Of a stretch of 64,000 bases of DNA, positions 1 to 8,772 are shown piece by piece. Under the pieces are notes generated by a model that worked only from the letters and a program-made list of their open reading frames with translations, was not told the DNA's origin and made no database searches. Position numbers and translations under genes: made by a program. Where the stretch lies: NCBI GenBank assembly GCA_040905465.1, contig JBBDRK010000036.1, positions 59,375-123,374 on the forward strand, given 5' to 3'. The DNA is from Trueperaceae bacterium (GTDB lineage Bacteria > Deinococcota > Deinococci > Deinococcales > Trueperaceae). Within the stretch, counting starts at the first letter, position 1. Each line of letters opens with the position of its first letter.

Positions 1-89
1 GTCTCATGCGCCACGATAACCGTTCGTCGCGCGCTCCCGAGTACCGCGACCGCCGCTCGCCGACGGGACCGTTCGCGGCCGAACGATCT

Positions 90-545
90 TCAAGGTACCT
101 GATAGCCGCCGAAGCGGACTTCCGGCCGGTACCGTCCAGGATCTTCATCGAGAATCAGGACGACGCTGCGACTGGAGCCCTCCGGAAGCCAATCGACAGT
201 GGTCGCAGAGGTGTCCACCAGGGATTCGTCTTCGTCGAGCAGGTCGACCGACACGCCCAGGGTCTGCACGCTCTCGTCGCCGTGGTTGCGAACCAGCAGT
301 GGCAGGTAGTAGCGGCCGCCCGCTTCCCGCACCGCACCGAGTTCGCCACTGAACTCGGTTGGGGCAGGGGTACGAGTTCCTTCCCATACCAGATAGCCCG
401 CCGCCGCCAGCAGCAGCAGGCCACTCAGCCAGGTGACCGCGATCTGCACCTTGCTCTCGCGGCTCAGCGGGCCGCCATTGCGGCGCTCACGGCCCTCCAC
501 GACGTTGTCGCGCCCCTGGCGGTCGTCCGGCTCCACGGTCTCCAT
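90..545 (-). CDS. TIGR02588-like membrane-anchored protein (151 aa)
   Basis: ATG at 545 just after the upstream stop. One TM segment (IAVTWLSGLLLLAAAGYLVW), then RYYLPLLVRNHGD, DWLPEGSSR and a C-terminal GYQVP. Typical partner of TIGR02587. Confidence 0.75.
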   Translation of the reverse strand: METVEPDDRQGRDNVVEGRERRNGGPLSRESKVQIAVTWLSGLLLLAAAGYLVWEGTRTPAPTEFSGELGAVREAGGRYYLPLLVRNHGDESVQTLGVSVDLLDEDESLVDTSATTVDWLPEGSSRSVVLILDEDPGRYRPEVRFGGYQVP

Positions 546-547
546 GG

Positions 548-1387
548 CTAGATGATCAACTTCGCGGCGGCCGAACCGAGAGCGTTGACGAACCCGAGAG
601 TGACGATCATATGGAGCGAAGGCACCAGGGCCGTCTCGCTGTCGATGCGACCGAACACCCACAGCAGGAACGCGGTAACCGCGAGCGCCCCGACATAGGA
701 GACGGTACCGGTGCGGAGCAGCGACGCCCACCAGGTAGTTCCGCCCGGCAACCGGTAGCCGCCGGCAAACCCGACCGAGTACACGATGGCGTGGGTCAGG
801 AGGAGTCCGAAAAGGACCAGCAGGATTGCGTGCCACCACAGGAGGCCGAGGGCGATCATCACCGGTTCTTCGGTCGGGGCGATATTCAGGCCGAAATAGG
901 TGGCGCCGGCCAGCCCGATGAGTTGACTGCCCCAGAACCCGGCGCGCCGCTTGCGCCGTTCCCGCCGGGCGTCGTGATCGCCGAACACCGAGATCGCGAT
1001 CGAGGCGCCGATGCTGAGCGGAATAGCCTCCAGGATCACCTTGCCGGCGACCTCGCGAAACGACATGCTCCCGTCTATGACGCCGAACAGGAAGAGCACC
1101 ACTACCGCCACCAGCAGCCCGATCCCATAGGCGTCGACAGCGTCCTGCACCTCCTCCCAGAACAACACGTGGCCCTTCTGGAAGCCGCTGTAGTATTCCA
1201 GCAGGATCAGCAAGCCGAAGTTGGCCACCAGAAACACGAGCAGCTTCAGCGGCGGCATGGTGAAGCCCAGCCACCACATCTCCATGGTGGCCAGTAGCGG
1301 CATGCTCACCAGCAAAGCGCCGAACACGCCGCGGGAGTAGCCGCGCAACGCGCTCCGCAACTGCTCAACCGCTTCGGTCTCGGCCAC
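548..1387 (-). CDS. TIGR02587/DUF2391 family integral membrane protein
   Basis: Motifs MPLLATMEMWWLG, QDAVDAYGIG, NIAPTEE, ALGSAAAKLII; many TM helices. Start (GTG 1387) is estimated. Confidence 0.8.
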   Translation of the reverse strand: MAETEAVEQLRSALRGYSRGVFGALLVSMPLLATMEMWWLGFTMPPLKLLVFLVANFGLLILLEYYSGFQKGHVLFWEEVQDAVDAYGIGLLVAVVVLFLFGVIDGSMSFREVAGKVILEAIPLSIGASIAISVFGDHDARRERRKRRAGFWGSQLIGLAGATYFGLNIAPTEEPVMIALGLLWWHAILLVLFGLLLTHAIVYSVGFAGGYRLPGGTTWWASLLRTGTVSYVGALAVTAFLLWVFGRIDSETALVPSLHMIVTLGFVNALGSAAAKLII

Positions 1388-1475
1388 AGCATCCGTTATA
1401 CGGCCCAGATCAGCCGTTCGCTGTGGCCGAAGAGGGAAACTACCGGCCGGCACTCGCCCTCTAGCGGTGGCCCGC

Positions 1476-1706
1476 TCAGGCCTGCAACAGGTCCCCCTCG
1501 CGCCAGATGATCTCGATTTCGAGCTCGGATCCCTGCAGCGTGCGCACCAGGTCCTCGAGAGCCTCGATCGAGGTCTCGGCAGTAACCAGCAGTGTGCTGG
1601 GGTCCGCCTGGTACACGGCACCGCTCGCCTGATGGCGATACTGCCAGCGGCTGACCAGGTTGCGAACGTTCGGCGATTCCGATCGGATTCTAACCAGCCC
1701 GCTCAT
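1476..1706 (-). CDS. Small hypothetical protein (76 aa)
   Basis: GAGGGGG RBS-like sequence before ATG 1706; globular composition; same strand as neighbours. Confidence 0.55.
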   Translation of the reverse strand: MSGLVRIRSESPNVRNLVSRWQYRHQASGAVYQADPSTLLVTAETSIEALEDLVRTLQGSELEIEIIWREGDLLQA

Positions 1707-1859
1707 GCCCCCTCGCTTTCCCCCGGGCACCCGCGCCAGGGACATCAGCTTACTCGCGAACCAGGACGGGGACCTGGTGTAGGGTCACGCTGCCCGGCGC
1801 TCGCTGTGTGGATGCGCGCGGCCTGCGCCGCCTGCCCCTCGCCAACGGTGCCGGGCCCG

Positions 1860-4271
1860 TTATTCGCCGTACGGCACCCAGATGTTCTTCACTTGCGTGG
1901 CGCGCCGCAGGTACTCGCGTCCCTGTGCTTGCCGAACGTCGAACCAGTCGCGCCGCTTGCCGTTGCTGACCCAGGTGGCCTTCAGGTTGCCGGCCGAGGC
2001 CTCCTCCACCTTCGCGCTTCCGGCCTTCCCGGCCATGTACCACATGCAGGCGACCTCGTCGTGGTCGGCCAGGACCGCCGCCAGCTCGTCGCGGTCACCG
2101 GTCACGATGTTCACGACCCCGCCGGGGACGTCGGACGTCTCGAGCACCTGGTAAAGATCGGTGGCAGCCAGCGGCCAGCGGGCCGAGGGAACCGCCACCA
2201 CCCGGTTCCCCATGGCGATCGCCGGCGCCACCAGCGACACCAGCGCCAAAAGCGGCGCCTCGTCCGGGCACACCAGCGCCATGACTCCCCAAGGTTCCGG
2301 CATTGCCAAGGTCACATTGCGGAGCGGGGTGTGGTGCACGGCGCCGTCGTACTTGTCGGCCCAGGCTGCGTAGGTGAAGAGCCGCTCGACCGAGCCGTCG
2401 ACCTCCTGGCGGGCCACGGCCGCCGACACACCTGTCATCGCCGTGATCCGGGCTTCGAACTCACCGGAACGGGCGGCGAGGTTCTCGGCCAGGTAGAAGA
2501 TCACCTGCGCCCGGTTGTGGCCGGTGGCCTGGCTCCAGGCCGACGCCTTGCTGGCCGCCTCGACCGCGTTGCGCACGTCCTTGCGATTGCCCTTGCCGGC
2601 CTCGCCGACGATCGACCCGGTGGGGCTCACCACCGGGTAGCTGTAACCGCCATCGGGACGCGCCTGCTTGCCGCCGACATAGAGCTTGGCGGTGCGGTCG
2701 ACGGGCGGAACGCCGCCGCTGCCGTTGCCGCCGGGAACCGCCGGCAGCCCCTCCACTCCCGCCGCTACGGCGTAGTCCGCCTCATACTGCGGAAGTCCCG
2801 CCTCCCAGCCGGGAACCAGGTACTCGTGGAGCCCTTCGCGGCCTCCCTCACGGCCGAAGCCGCTCTCCCGGTAGCCGCCGAAACCGGCCGCCGCGTCGAA
2901 CAGGTTGGTGCTGTTGACCCATACCACTCCGGCGGCGAGCCTGGGGGCGATGTCGAGCGCCAGGTCGATATTCTCCGTCCAGACCGAAGCCGCCAATCCA
3001 TAGCGCGAATCGTTGGCCAGCTCCACGGCCTCTCGCGGCGTGCGGAAGGTCATCGAGGCGAGGACCGGACCGAAGATCTCCACCTGAGCCAGCAGCGAAG
3101 CCGGTTCGACATCGGTGAAAAGCGTCGGCGGATAGAACAGGCCCTCCGCCGGCACCGCCCACGACGGTTGCCAGCAACGGGCGCCCTCCGCCTTGCCCTC
3201 CTCGACCAGCTGCTCGATTCGCTGGAGCTGTACCGGAGCGATGATCGCGCCCAGGTCGATGGCCTTGTCCAGCGGGTCGCCCATCCGCAGGGTCTCCATG
3301 CGGGAGCGCAGCTTGGCGTGGAGCTTGTCGGCGACGCCCTCTTGCACCAGCAGCCGGGAGCCGGCGCAGCAAACCTGGCCCTGGTTGAACCAGATCGCGT
3401 CTACCACGCCCTCTACCGCGGCGTCCAGATCGGCATCGTCGAAGACCAGGAAGGGGCTCTTGCCGCCGAGCTCGAGCGAGAGCTTCTTGCCGCTGCCGGC
3501 ACTGCTCTTGCGGATGATCCGGCCCACCTCGGTGGAACCGGTGAAGGCGAGCTTGTCGATGTCGGGATGGTTGACTATCAGCTCGCCGGTGCTGCCGTCG
3601 CCGGTGACGACGTTGAACACGCCGTCCGGCAGTCCCGCGTCGCGGGCGATCTCGGCGAATAGCAGCGCCGTGAGCGGCGTGTATTCGGCCGGCTTGAGCA
3701 CGACCGTGCAACCGGCGGCCAGCGCCGGAGCCACCTTCCAGGAGAGCATCAGCAGCGGGAAGTTCCAGGGGATGATCTGACCGCACACCCCCGCCGGCCG
3801 GTAGTCGGGGAACTCCTCGCTCAGCAACTGCGCCCAACCGGCATGATGGTAGAAGTGCCGCGCCGCCAGCGGTATGTCCAGATCTCGCGTCTCGCGGATC
3901 GGCTTGCCATTGTCCAGAGTCTCGACCACGGCGAACAGGCGGCTGTGTTTCTGCAGCTTGCGCGCCAGGGCGTAGAGGTAGCGGGCCCGGGCGTGCGGCG
4001 CCAACGCGGCCCAGTCATCCTGGGCAGATCTGGCCGCGGCGACAGCCTGCTCGACATCGTCGGCGCCACCTTGCGCCACCGCCGCCAGCACCTGGCCGTC
4101 GGCGGGGTTGACCGATTTGAAGGTCTCTCCGGCTACCGGCGGCTGGAAGCGTCCGGCGATGAAGTGGCCGAAGTTCCGTTCATGGCGGTCGAGCCACAGG
4201 ACCGCCTGCTCGCGCCCTTCCGGCGCCGGTCCGTACTCCATCGTCGCGAAGATCTCCTTGACGCTGCTCAC
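1860..4271 (-). CDS. Aldehyde dehydrogenase, ALDH16-like (catalytic ALDH plus a second partial ALDH domain)
   Basis: IIPWNFP, FTGSTEVG, LELGGKSP, catalytic NQGQVCCAG, EIFGPV, FGGYRESGFGREGG. About 280 extra C-terminal residues repeat the NAD-binding fold; 803 aa. Confidence 0.9.
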   Translation of the reverse strand: MSSVKEIFATMEYGPAPEGREQAVLWLDRHERNFGHFIAGRFQPPVAGETFKSVNPADGQVLAAVAQGGADDVEQAVAAARSAQDDWAALAPHARARYLYALARKLQKHSRLFAVVETLDNGKPIRETRDLDIPLAARHFYHHAGWAQLLSEEFPDYRPAGVCGQIIPWNFPLLMLSWKVAPALAAGCTVVLKPAEYTPLTALLFAEIARDAGLPDGVFNVVTGDGSTGELIVNHPDIDKLAFTGSTEVGRIIRKSSAGSGKKLSLELGGKSPFLVFDDADLDAAVEGVVDAIWFNQGQVCCAGSRLLVQEGVADKLHAKLRSRMETLRMGDPLDKAIDLGAIIAPVQLQRIEQLVEEGKAEGARCWQPSWAVPAEGLFYPPTLFTDVEPASLLAQVEIFGPVLASMTFRTPREAVELANDSRYGLAASVWTENIDLALDIAPRLAAGVVWVNSTNLFDAAAGFGGYRESGFGREGGREGLHEYLVPGWEAGLPQYEADYAVAAGVEGLPAVPGGNGSGGVPPVDRTAKLYVGGKQARPDGGYSYPVVSPTGSIVGEAGKGNRKDVRNAVEAASKASAWSQATGHNRAQVIFYLAENLAARSGEFEARITAMTGVSAAVARQEVDGSVERLFTYAAWADKYDGAVHHTPLRNVTLAMPEPWGVMALVCPDEAPLLALVSLVAPAIAMGNRVVAVPSARWPLAATDLYQVLETSDVPGGVVNIVTGDRDELAAVLADHDEVACMWYMAGKAGSAKVEEASAGNLKATWVSNGKRRDWFDVRQAQGREYLRRATQVKNIWVPYGE

Positions 4272-4281
4272 CTCATGCTCC

Positions 4282-5274
4282 TCAACCTTGCGGGTGACGG
4301 AAATTGGCCGAGTACCGCCCCGTCACGTAATGCTCGAGCTGCCGCTCGATGTCGGCCAGCAGGCTCGACGCACCGAACCGGAAAAGCTCGGGCTCGAGCC
4401 AGGGGTTGCCGAGCTCCTCCTTTAGCAGGAACAGCCACGTAAGTGCCTCCTTGGCGGTCTTGATGCCGCCCGCCGGCTTGAGCCCGACTCGGTAACCGGT
4501 GCGCTCGAAATAGTCGCGGATCGCCCTGGCCATGGTGAGCCCAACCGGCAGCGTGGCGTTCACCGGTTCCTTGCCGGTGGAGGTCTTGATGAAGTCCGCA
4601 CCCGCCATCATCGCCACCATCGAGGCCTTGTAGACGTTGCGCAGCGTTCCCAGCTCGCCGGTCGCCAGTATCGTCTTCATGTGCGCCTCGCCGCAGGCGT
4701 CGCGGAACGCTCGCACCTCGTCGTAGAGCGCCGGCCAGTCGCCCAGCAGGACATGCCGGCGGCTTACCACGATGTCGATTTCGTCGGCGCCGGCGGCTAC
4801 CGAAGCGCGGATCTCGGCGACACGCTGCTCGAACGGGCCGAGCCCCGCCGGAAATCCGGTTGACACAGCCGCCACCGGGATATCGCTCCCCTTCAGGGCG
4901 GCCACGGCAGCGTGAATCATCGAGTGATACACGCACACTGCAGCGACGGTGACGCCTTCGTCGGCAACGCCGAGTTGCTCGAGCAGGTCGGCTCGCACCG
5001 GATTGCGCGCCTTGGCGGCCAGGCGCTTCACGCGCCCCGCGGTGTCGTCACCCGATAGCGTCGTGAGGTCGATCAGGGTCACCGCTCGCAGCAGCCAGCC
5101 CGCCTGCCAGGCCTTCTTGACGCTGCGCCGCGTCCCCATCGTTGCGCTGCGCCTTTCGGCCGCCGACAGGTTCACCTGGGCATGCCGGAACCAGCCCTCC
5201 TCGAGGGGGATACCAGGATTGCGCGCAACCGAACCGTCACCGGCCGATCGCCCCTGGCGCTCGCGTATCGCCAC
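4282..5274 (-). CDS. deoC: Deoxyribose-phosphate aldolase (long type)
   Basis: IDLTTLSGDDT, AAVCVY, TGFPAG, GADEIDIV, GADFIKTSTGK, KPAGGI, FRFGASSLL. Confidence 0.95.
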   Translation of the reverse strand: MAIRERQGRSAGDGSVARNPGIPLEEGWFRHAQVNLSAAERRSATMGTRRSVKKAWQAGWLLRAVTLIDLTTLSGDDTAGRVKRLAAKARNPVRADLLEQLGVADEGVTVAAVCVYHSMIHAAVAALKGSDIPVAAVSTGFPAGLGPFEQRVAEIRASVAAGADEIDIVVSRRHVLLGDWPALYDEVRAFRDACGEAHMKTILATGELGTLRNVYKASMVAMMAGADFIKTSTGKEPVNATLPVGLTMARAIRDYFERTGYRVGLKPAGGIKTAKEALTWLFLLKEELGNPWLEPELFRFGASSLLADIERQLEHYVTGRYSANFRHPQG

Positions 5275-5413
5275 CTCATGCCCCTTTCGAAATTAATCGT
5301 CGGCAACAGCCGTACACAATGTACTCAGTCTACACCCGCTCGAGCCCCGGGGCCCGGCCGGCACGCGGTATCGTTGCAAGGAATCGCGATCCTCGACCAG
5401 CAAAGGAGCTGCC

Positions 5414-6412
5414 ATGAACCTCGCCCGCTTCGCCAGGCGCAGATACACCCCGGAACCGACGCCGCTGGAACCGCTGGAGCATCTCAGCAAACACCTCGGG
5501 GGCCCGGAGATCTGGATCAAGCGTGACGATCTGCTCGGCCTCGCCGGCGGAGGCAACAAGACCCGCAAGCTGGAATTCCTGGTTGCCGACGCCCTGGCCG
5601 AAGGTGCCGACACGCTGGTCACCGTCGGCGCCGTGCAGTCGAACCATTGCCGCCTCACGCTGGCGGCAGCCGTGAAGGAAGGGCTGCGCTGCCGGCTGGT
5701 GCTCGAGGAACGCGTGGCCAACTCGTACGACCCCGACGCCAGCGGCAACAACTTCCTGTTCCGCCTCCTGGGGGTCGAAGCGATCACAGTCGTGCCCGCC
5801 GGCACCGACCTGGCCGATGCTGTCGGCGAGGTGCTCGCCGACCTCGAGGCCGAGGGCCGCAAGGGTTACGCGATTCCGGGAGGAGGGTCCAACGCGCTCG
5901 GCGCGCTAGGTTACGCAGCCTGCGCTCAGGAGATCCTGCACCAGATGTTCAGGCAGAGCCTGACCTTCGACCGGCTCGTATGCGCGAGCGGATCGGGCGG
6001 CACACACGCCGGACTCGTCGCCGGCCTCCACGCCGACTCGGCCGGCCTGCCGGTAGTCGGAGTGAGCGTGCGGGCGGAGCGCGGCCCGCAGGAAGAGAAG
6101 CTCCACGCACTGGCGTTGCAAACGGCCGAACTGGCCGGAAGCCGCAGCGGAGTGCCGCGCGAGGCGATCGCGGTGGTGGACGACTACGTGGGACCTGGTT
6201 ACTCGCTGCCTACCGAGGACATGGTGGAGGCCGTGAGGCTATTCGCGCGACTCGAGGGCATCTTGCTCGACCCGGTCTACACCGGCAAGGCCGCCGCCGG
6301 TCTCGTCGGGATGGCAAGGGGTGGCCAGTTTGACAGCGATGAGCGGGTCCTGTTCCTGCACACCGGGGGCGCACCCGCGCTCTACGCCTACCAAAGCGTG
6401 ATACTCGAGTAG
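5414..6412 (+). CDS. PLP-dependent D-cysteine desulfhydrase / cysteate sulfo-lyase (CuyA/DcyD family)
   Basis: KRDDLLGLAGGGNKTRKLEF (PLP Lys), QSNHCR, SGSGGTHAG, LDPVYTGKA, FLHTGG; AAGGAG RBS. Confidence 0.9.
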   Translation: MNLARFARRRYTPEPTPLEPLEHLSKHLGGPEIWIKRDDLLGLAGGGNKTRKLEFLVADALAEGADTLVTVGAVQSNHCRLTLAAAVKEGLRCRLVLEERVANSYDPDASGNNFLFRLLGVEAITVVPAGTDLADAVGEVLADLEAEGRKGYAIPGGGSNALGALGYAACAQEILHQMFRQSLTFDRLVCASGSGGTHAGLVAGLHADSAGLPVVGVSVRAERGPQEEKLHALALQTAELAGSRSGVPREAIAVVDDYVGPGYSLPTEDMVEAVRLFARLEGILLDPVYTGKAAAGLVGMARGGQFDSDERVLFLHTGGAPALYAYQSVILE

Positions 6413-7146
6413 TGAGCCGGCCGACTCCAACTCTTACGGTGGGAGTGCTCGGCGGTATGGGTCCCGACGCCACCCTCGACTTCTTCGCCAAGTTGCTGGC
6501 GGCGACGCCCGCCGAACACGATCAGGACCGGCTGCGGGTGTTGATCGACAACAACCCGAAGGTGCCGAACCGCAACGAGGCGGTGGCCGGGACGGGACCC
6601 TCGCCGGGTCCGCTGCTGGCCGAGATGGCACTCGGGCTCGAGCGCGCCGGGGCGGACTTCCTGGTGATGCCGTGCAACGCCGCTCACGCCTTCGCGCCCG
6701 AGATCGAGGAGGCGGCGAGCATCCCCTTCGTGAGCATCATCGACGAGACCGTGGCCGCCACGTTGGCGGCGCGGCCCCCTCTCGATCGGGTCGGAGTACT
6801 GGCCGCAGCCGGCTGCCTGGACGCGCGGCTCTACCACTCGGCGTTCGCCCGACATGGCGTGGAGGTGGCAGAGCCCGAGGGCGCGCAGCGCGAGACATTC
6901 ATGGAGCTGCTGTACCGGATCAAGACCGGCGACCGGGGTGCCGAGGTGCGCGCCCGCATGGCCGAGCTGGCCGGACGCCTGATCGACGGCGGCGCCCAGG
7001 CGATCGTGGCCGGCTGTACCGAGGTTCCGCTGGTCCTGGCCGAAGGCGACGTGCCCGGCGTACTGGTGAACTCCACCGACGTCCTCGTGAAGGCGACGGC
7101 GGCGATTGCCACCGGCGAACGATCGTTTGCGGCGACGATCCGATAG
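6412..7146 (+). CDS. PLP-independent amino-acid racemase, Asp/Glu racemase family (candidate cysteate racemase)
   Basis: GVLGGMGPDAT; both catalytic Cys motifs present (MPCNAAH, AGCTEVP); start overlaps the upstream stop. Confidence 0.88.
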   Translation: MSRPTPTLTVGVLGGMGPDATLDFFAKLLAATPAEHDQDRLRVLIDNNPKVPNRNEAVAGTGPSPGPLLAEMALGLERAGADFLVMPCNAAHAFAPEIEEAASIPFVSIIDETVAATLAARPPLDRVGVLAAAGCLDARLYHSAFARHGVEVAEPEGAQRETFMELLYRIKTGDRGAEVRARMAELAGRLIDGGAQAIVAGCTEVPLVLAEGDVPGVLVNSTDVLVKATAAIATGERSFAATIR

Positions 7147-7186
7147 CGGGCCGGAGCGGCGCCCGCCGGCAGATGCCCGTGAATCG

Positions 7187-7214
7187 AGTGAGGAAGCAAC
7201 AAGTGAGGAAGCAA
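7187..7214 (+). repeat. Direct duplication of AGTGAGGAAGCAA containing the RBS
   Basis: Identical 13-mers at 7187-7199 and 7202-7214, immediately before ATG 7214. Confidence 0.7.
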
Positions 7215-8173
7215 TGAACAAGATCGTCGTCTCCGAGTTCCTTCACCGGGACGCGCTCGACCTGCTGGCCGACCGGGCCGACCTCGAGTACGATCCGGGG
7301 CTGCACGAGCGGCCGGTGGACCTGAAGGCCGCGCTCACGGGCGCCGCGGCCCTGGTGGTGCGCAATCAGACGCAGGTCACGGCTCCTCTGCTGGCCGGTA
7401 CCTCGCTGCGCGCGGTGGGCCGGGTCGGTGTCGGCCTCGACAACCTCGACCTGACCGCCTTGCGCGAGGCAGGCGTGACCGTCACCTGGGCGCCCGGCAC
7501 CAACGCCACCAGCGTGGCCGAGTACGTCATCGGAGCGATGCTGTCGCTGGCCCGGCTCTTCCCCGAGACCTCGCCCAAGGTCCACGCCGGGCACTGGGAC
7601 CGTCAGGCGGCGATCGGGTTCGAGCTAAAGGGCCGCACCCTCGGGATAGTCGGACTGGGCGATATAGGCTCGCGTGTGGGCAGGCGCGCTCAGGCCCTCG
7701 GCATGCGGCTGTTGGCCAGCGACCCGGCACTGGGGCCCGAGTCGCCCGCCGTGCGGGAGCTCGGCGCGCGCCTGGTGCCGCTCGCGGAGCTGCTGGCCGA
7801 AGCCGACGTGGTGTCGCTGCACGCTCCGCTGCTGCCATCGACCCTGGGGATGATCGGCAGCGAGACGCTGGCGCTGATGAAGCCCGGCGGCTACTTGATC
7901 AACACCGCCAGGGGCGAGCTGGTGGACGAGAGGGCACTGGCGAGCGTGCTGCGCGACGGCAGGTTGGCGGGAGCCGCGCTCGACGTGCGAGACCCGGAGC
8001 CGCCCGGTGCGAGCGATCCTCTCAAGGGTCTGAGGAACGTGCTGCTCACGCCGCATATCGCCGGAGTGACCGAGGAGTCGCTGCGGCGGGCCTGCACTCA
8101 TGTGGCGGAGGATGTGCTGCGGGTGCTGAGCGGCGAAAGACCGGTGAGCGAGGTGCCGGAAGCAGCGGCGTGA
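7214..8173 (+). CDS. D-isomer-specific 2-hydroxyacid dehydrogenase, (S)-sulfolactate dehydrogenase SlcC-like
   Basis: IVVSEF start, ALVVRNQTQV, AVGRVGVGLDN, NATSVAEYV, GIVGLGDIG, INTARG, LLTPHIAGVTEES. No ACT domain, so not a full-length SerA. Confidence 0.85.
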   Translation: MNKIVVSEFLHRDALDLLADRADLEYDPGLHERPVDLKAALTGAAALVVRNQTQVTAPLLAGTSLRAVGRVGVGLDNLDLTALREAGVTVTWAPGTNATSVAEYVIGAMLSLARLFPETSPKVHAGHWDRQAAIGFELKGRTLGIVGLGDIGSRVGRRAQALGMRLLASDPALGPESPAVRELGARLVPLAELLAEADVVSLHAPLLPSTLGMIGSETLALMKPGGYLINTARGELVDERALASVLRDGRLAGAALDVRDPEPPGASDPLKGLRNVLLTPHIAGVTEESLRRACTHVAEDVLRVLSGERPVSEVPEAAA

Positions 8174-8185
8174 GGGCCCGACGCA

Positions 8186-8229
8186 TTGCGTCCAAAACCT
8201 TGACCCAATGGGACGCAAACCGCTAGGAT
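8186..8229 (+). promoter_or_regulatory. Sigma-70-type promoter overlapped by a TTGCGTCC-N17-GGACGCAA inverted repeat
   Basis: TTGACC 8200-8205, TAGGAT 8224-8229; repeat arms at 8186-8193 and 8211-8218. Confidence 0.55.
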
Positions 8230-8266
8230 TGCACCACACCACCCCCAGGTCAGGAGCGTCGCCCGT

Positions 8267-8767
8267 TTGAAGCCCGCCCCTTACGCACAGCTCGACTCTA
8301 CCGACAGGACGATCGTCGACTTCCTCCGTGAAGACGGCCGGATGCCCTACCGCGAGATCGCGCGGCGACTGGCCGTTTCGGAAAGCATGGTGCGCAAGCG
8401 GGTCAACCGGCTTCTCGACGAGGGCTGGATGCGCATCCTGGCGATCAGCGACCCGTTGCAACTGGGAGTGCCGATCCTCGCCACGACCTACCTGAACGTA
8501 AGCCCTCGGGCGGTGGAAGAGGTTACCGACAGCATCGCCCGTTGCGAGGCGGTGCGTTACGTTGCCCTCGGCATCGGCGCTCACAACGTGGTGGTCGAAT
8601 CGCTTCATGTCGACAACTCGGAGCTGCACCGGTTCATCCAACGCGAGTTGGGATTGGAGGGGATAATAAGCAGCGAGACGATTCAAGTGGTGAAGATCAA
8701 GAAGAGCGTGTGGGACTGGGAGATCAGGACCACACTCCAACCGACAGCTTCCTCAGAATCGGAGTGA
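8267..8767 (+). CDS. Lrp/AsnC family transcriptional regulator
   Basis: LDSTDRTIVDFLREDGRMPYREIARRLAVSESMVRKRVNRL HTH plus C-terminal RAM-like domain; TTG start. Confidence 0.9.
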   Translation: MKPAPYAQLDSTDRTIVDFLREDGRMPYREIARRLAVSESMVRKRVNRLLDEGWMRILAISDPLQLGVPILATTYLNVSPRAVEEVTDSIARCEAVRYVALGIGAHNVVVESLHVDNSELHRFIQRELGLEGIISSETIQVVKIKKSVWDWEIRTTLQPTASSESE

Positions 8768-8772
8768 TCCCA

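Noticed and set aside
1467-3662. 731-aa plus-strand ORF, and other long ORFs such as 11850-13256, 24027-26090 and 40035-42074
   Set aside because: Antisense or off-frame shadows of well-supported genes in high-GC DNA; they carry no recognisable motifs.
7214-8173. Call as serA (phosphoglycerate dehydrogenase)
   Set aside because: No ACT/ASB domain, and the operon context and motifs fit an SlcC-like enzyme better.
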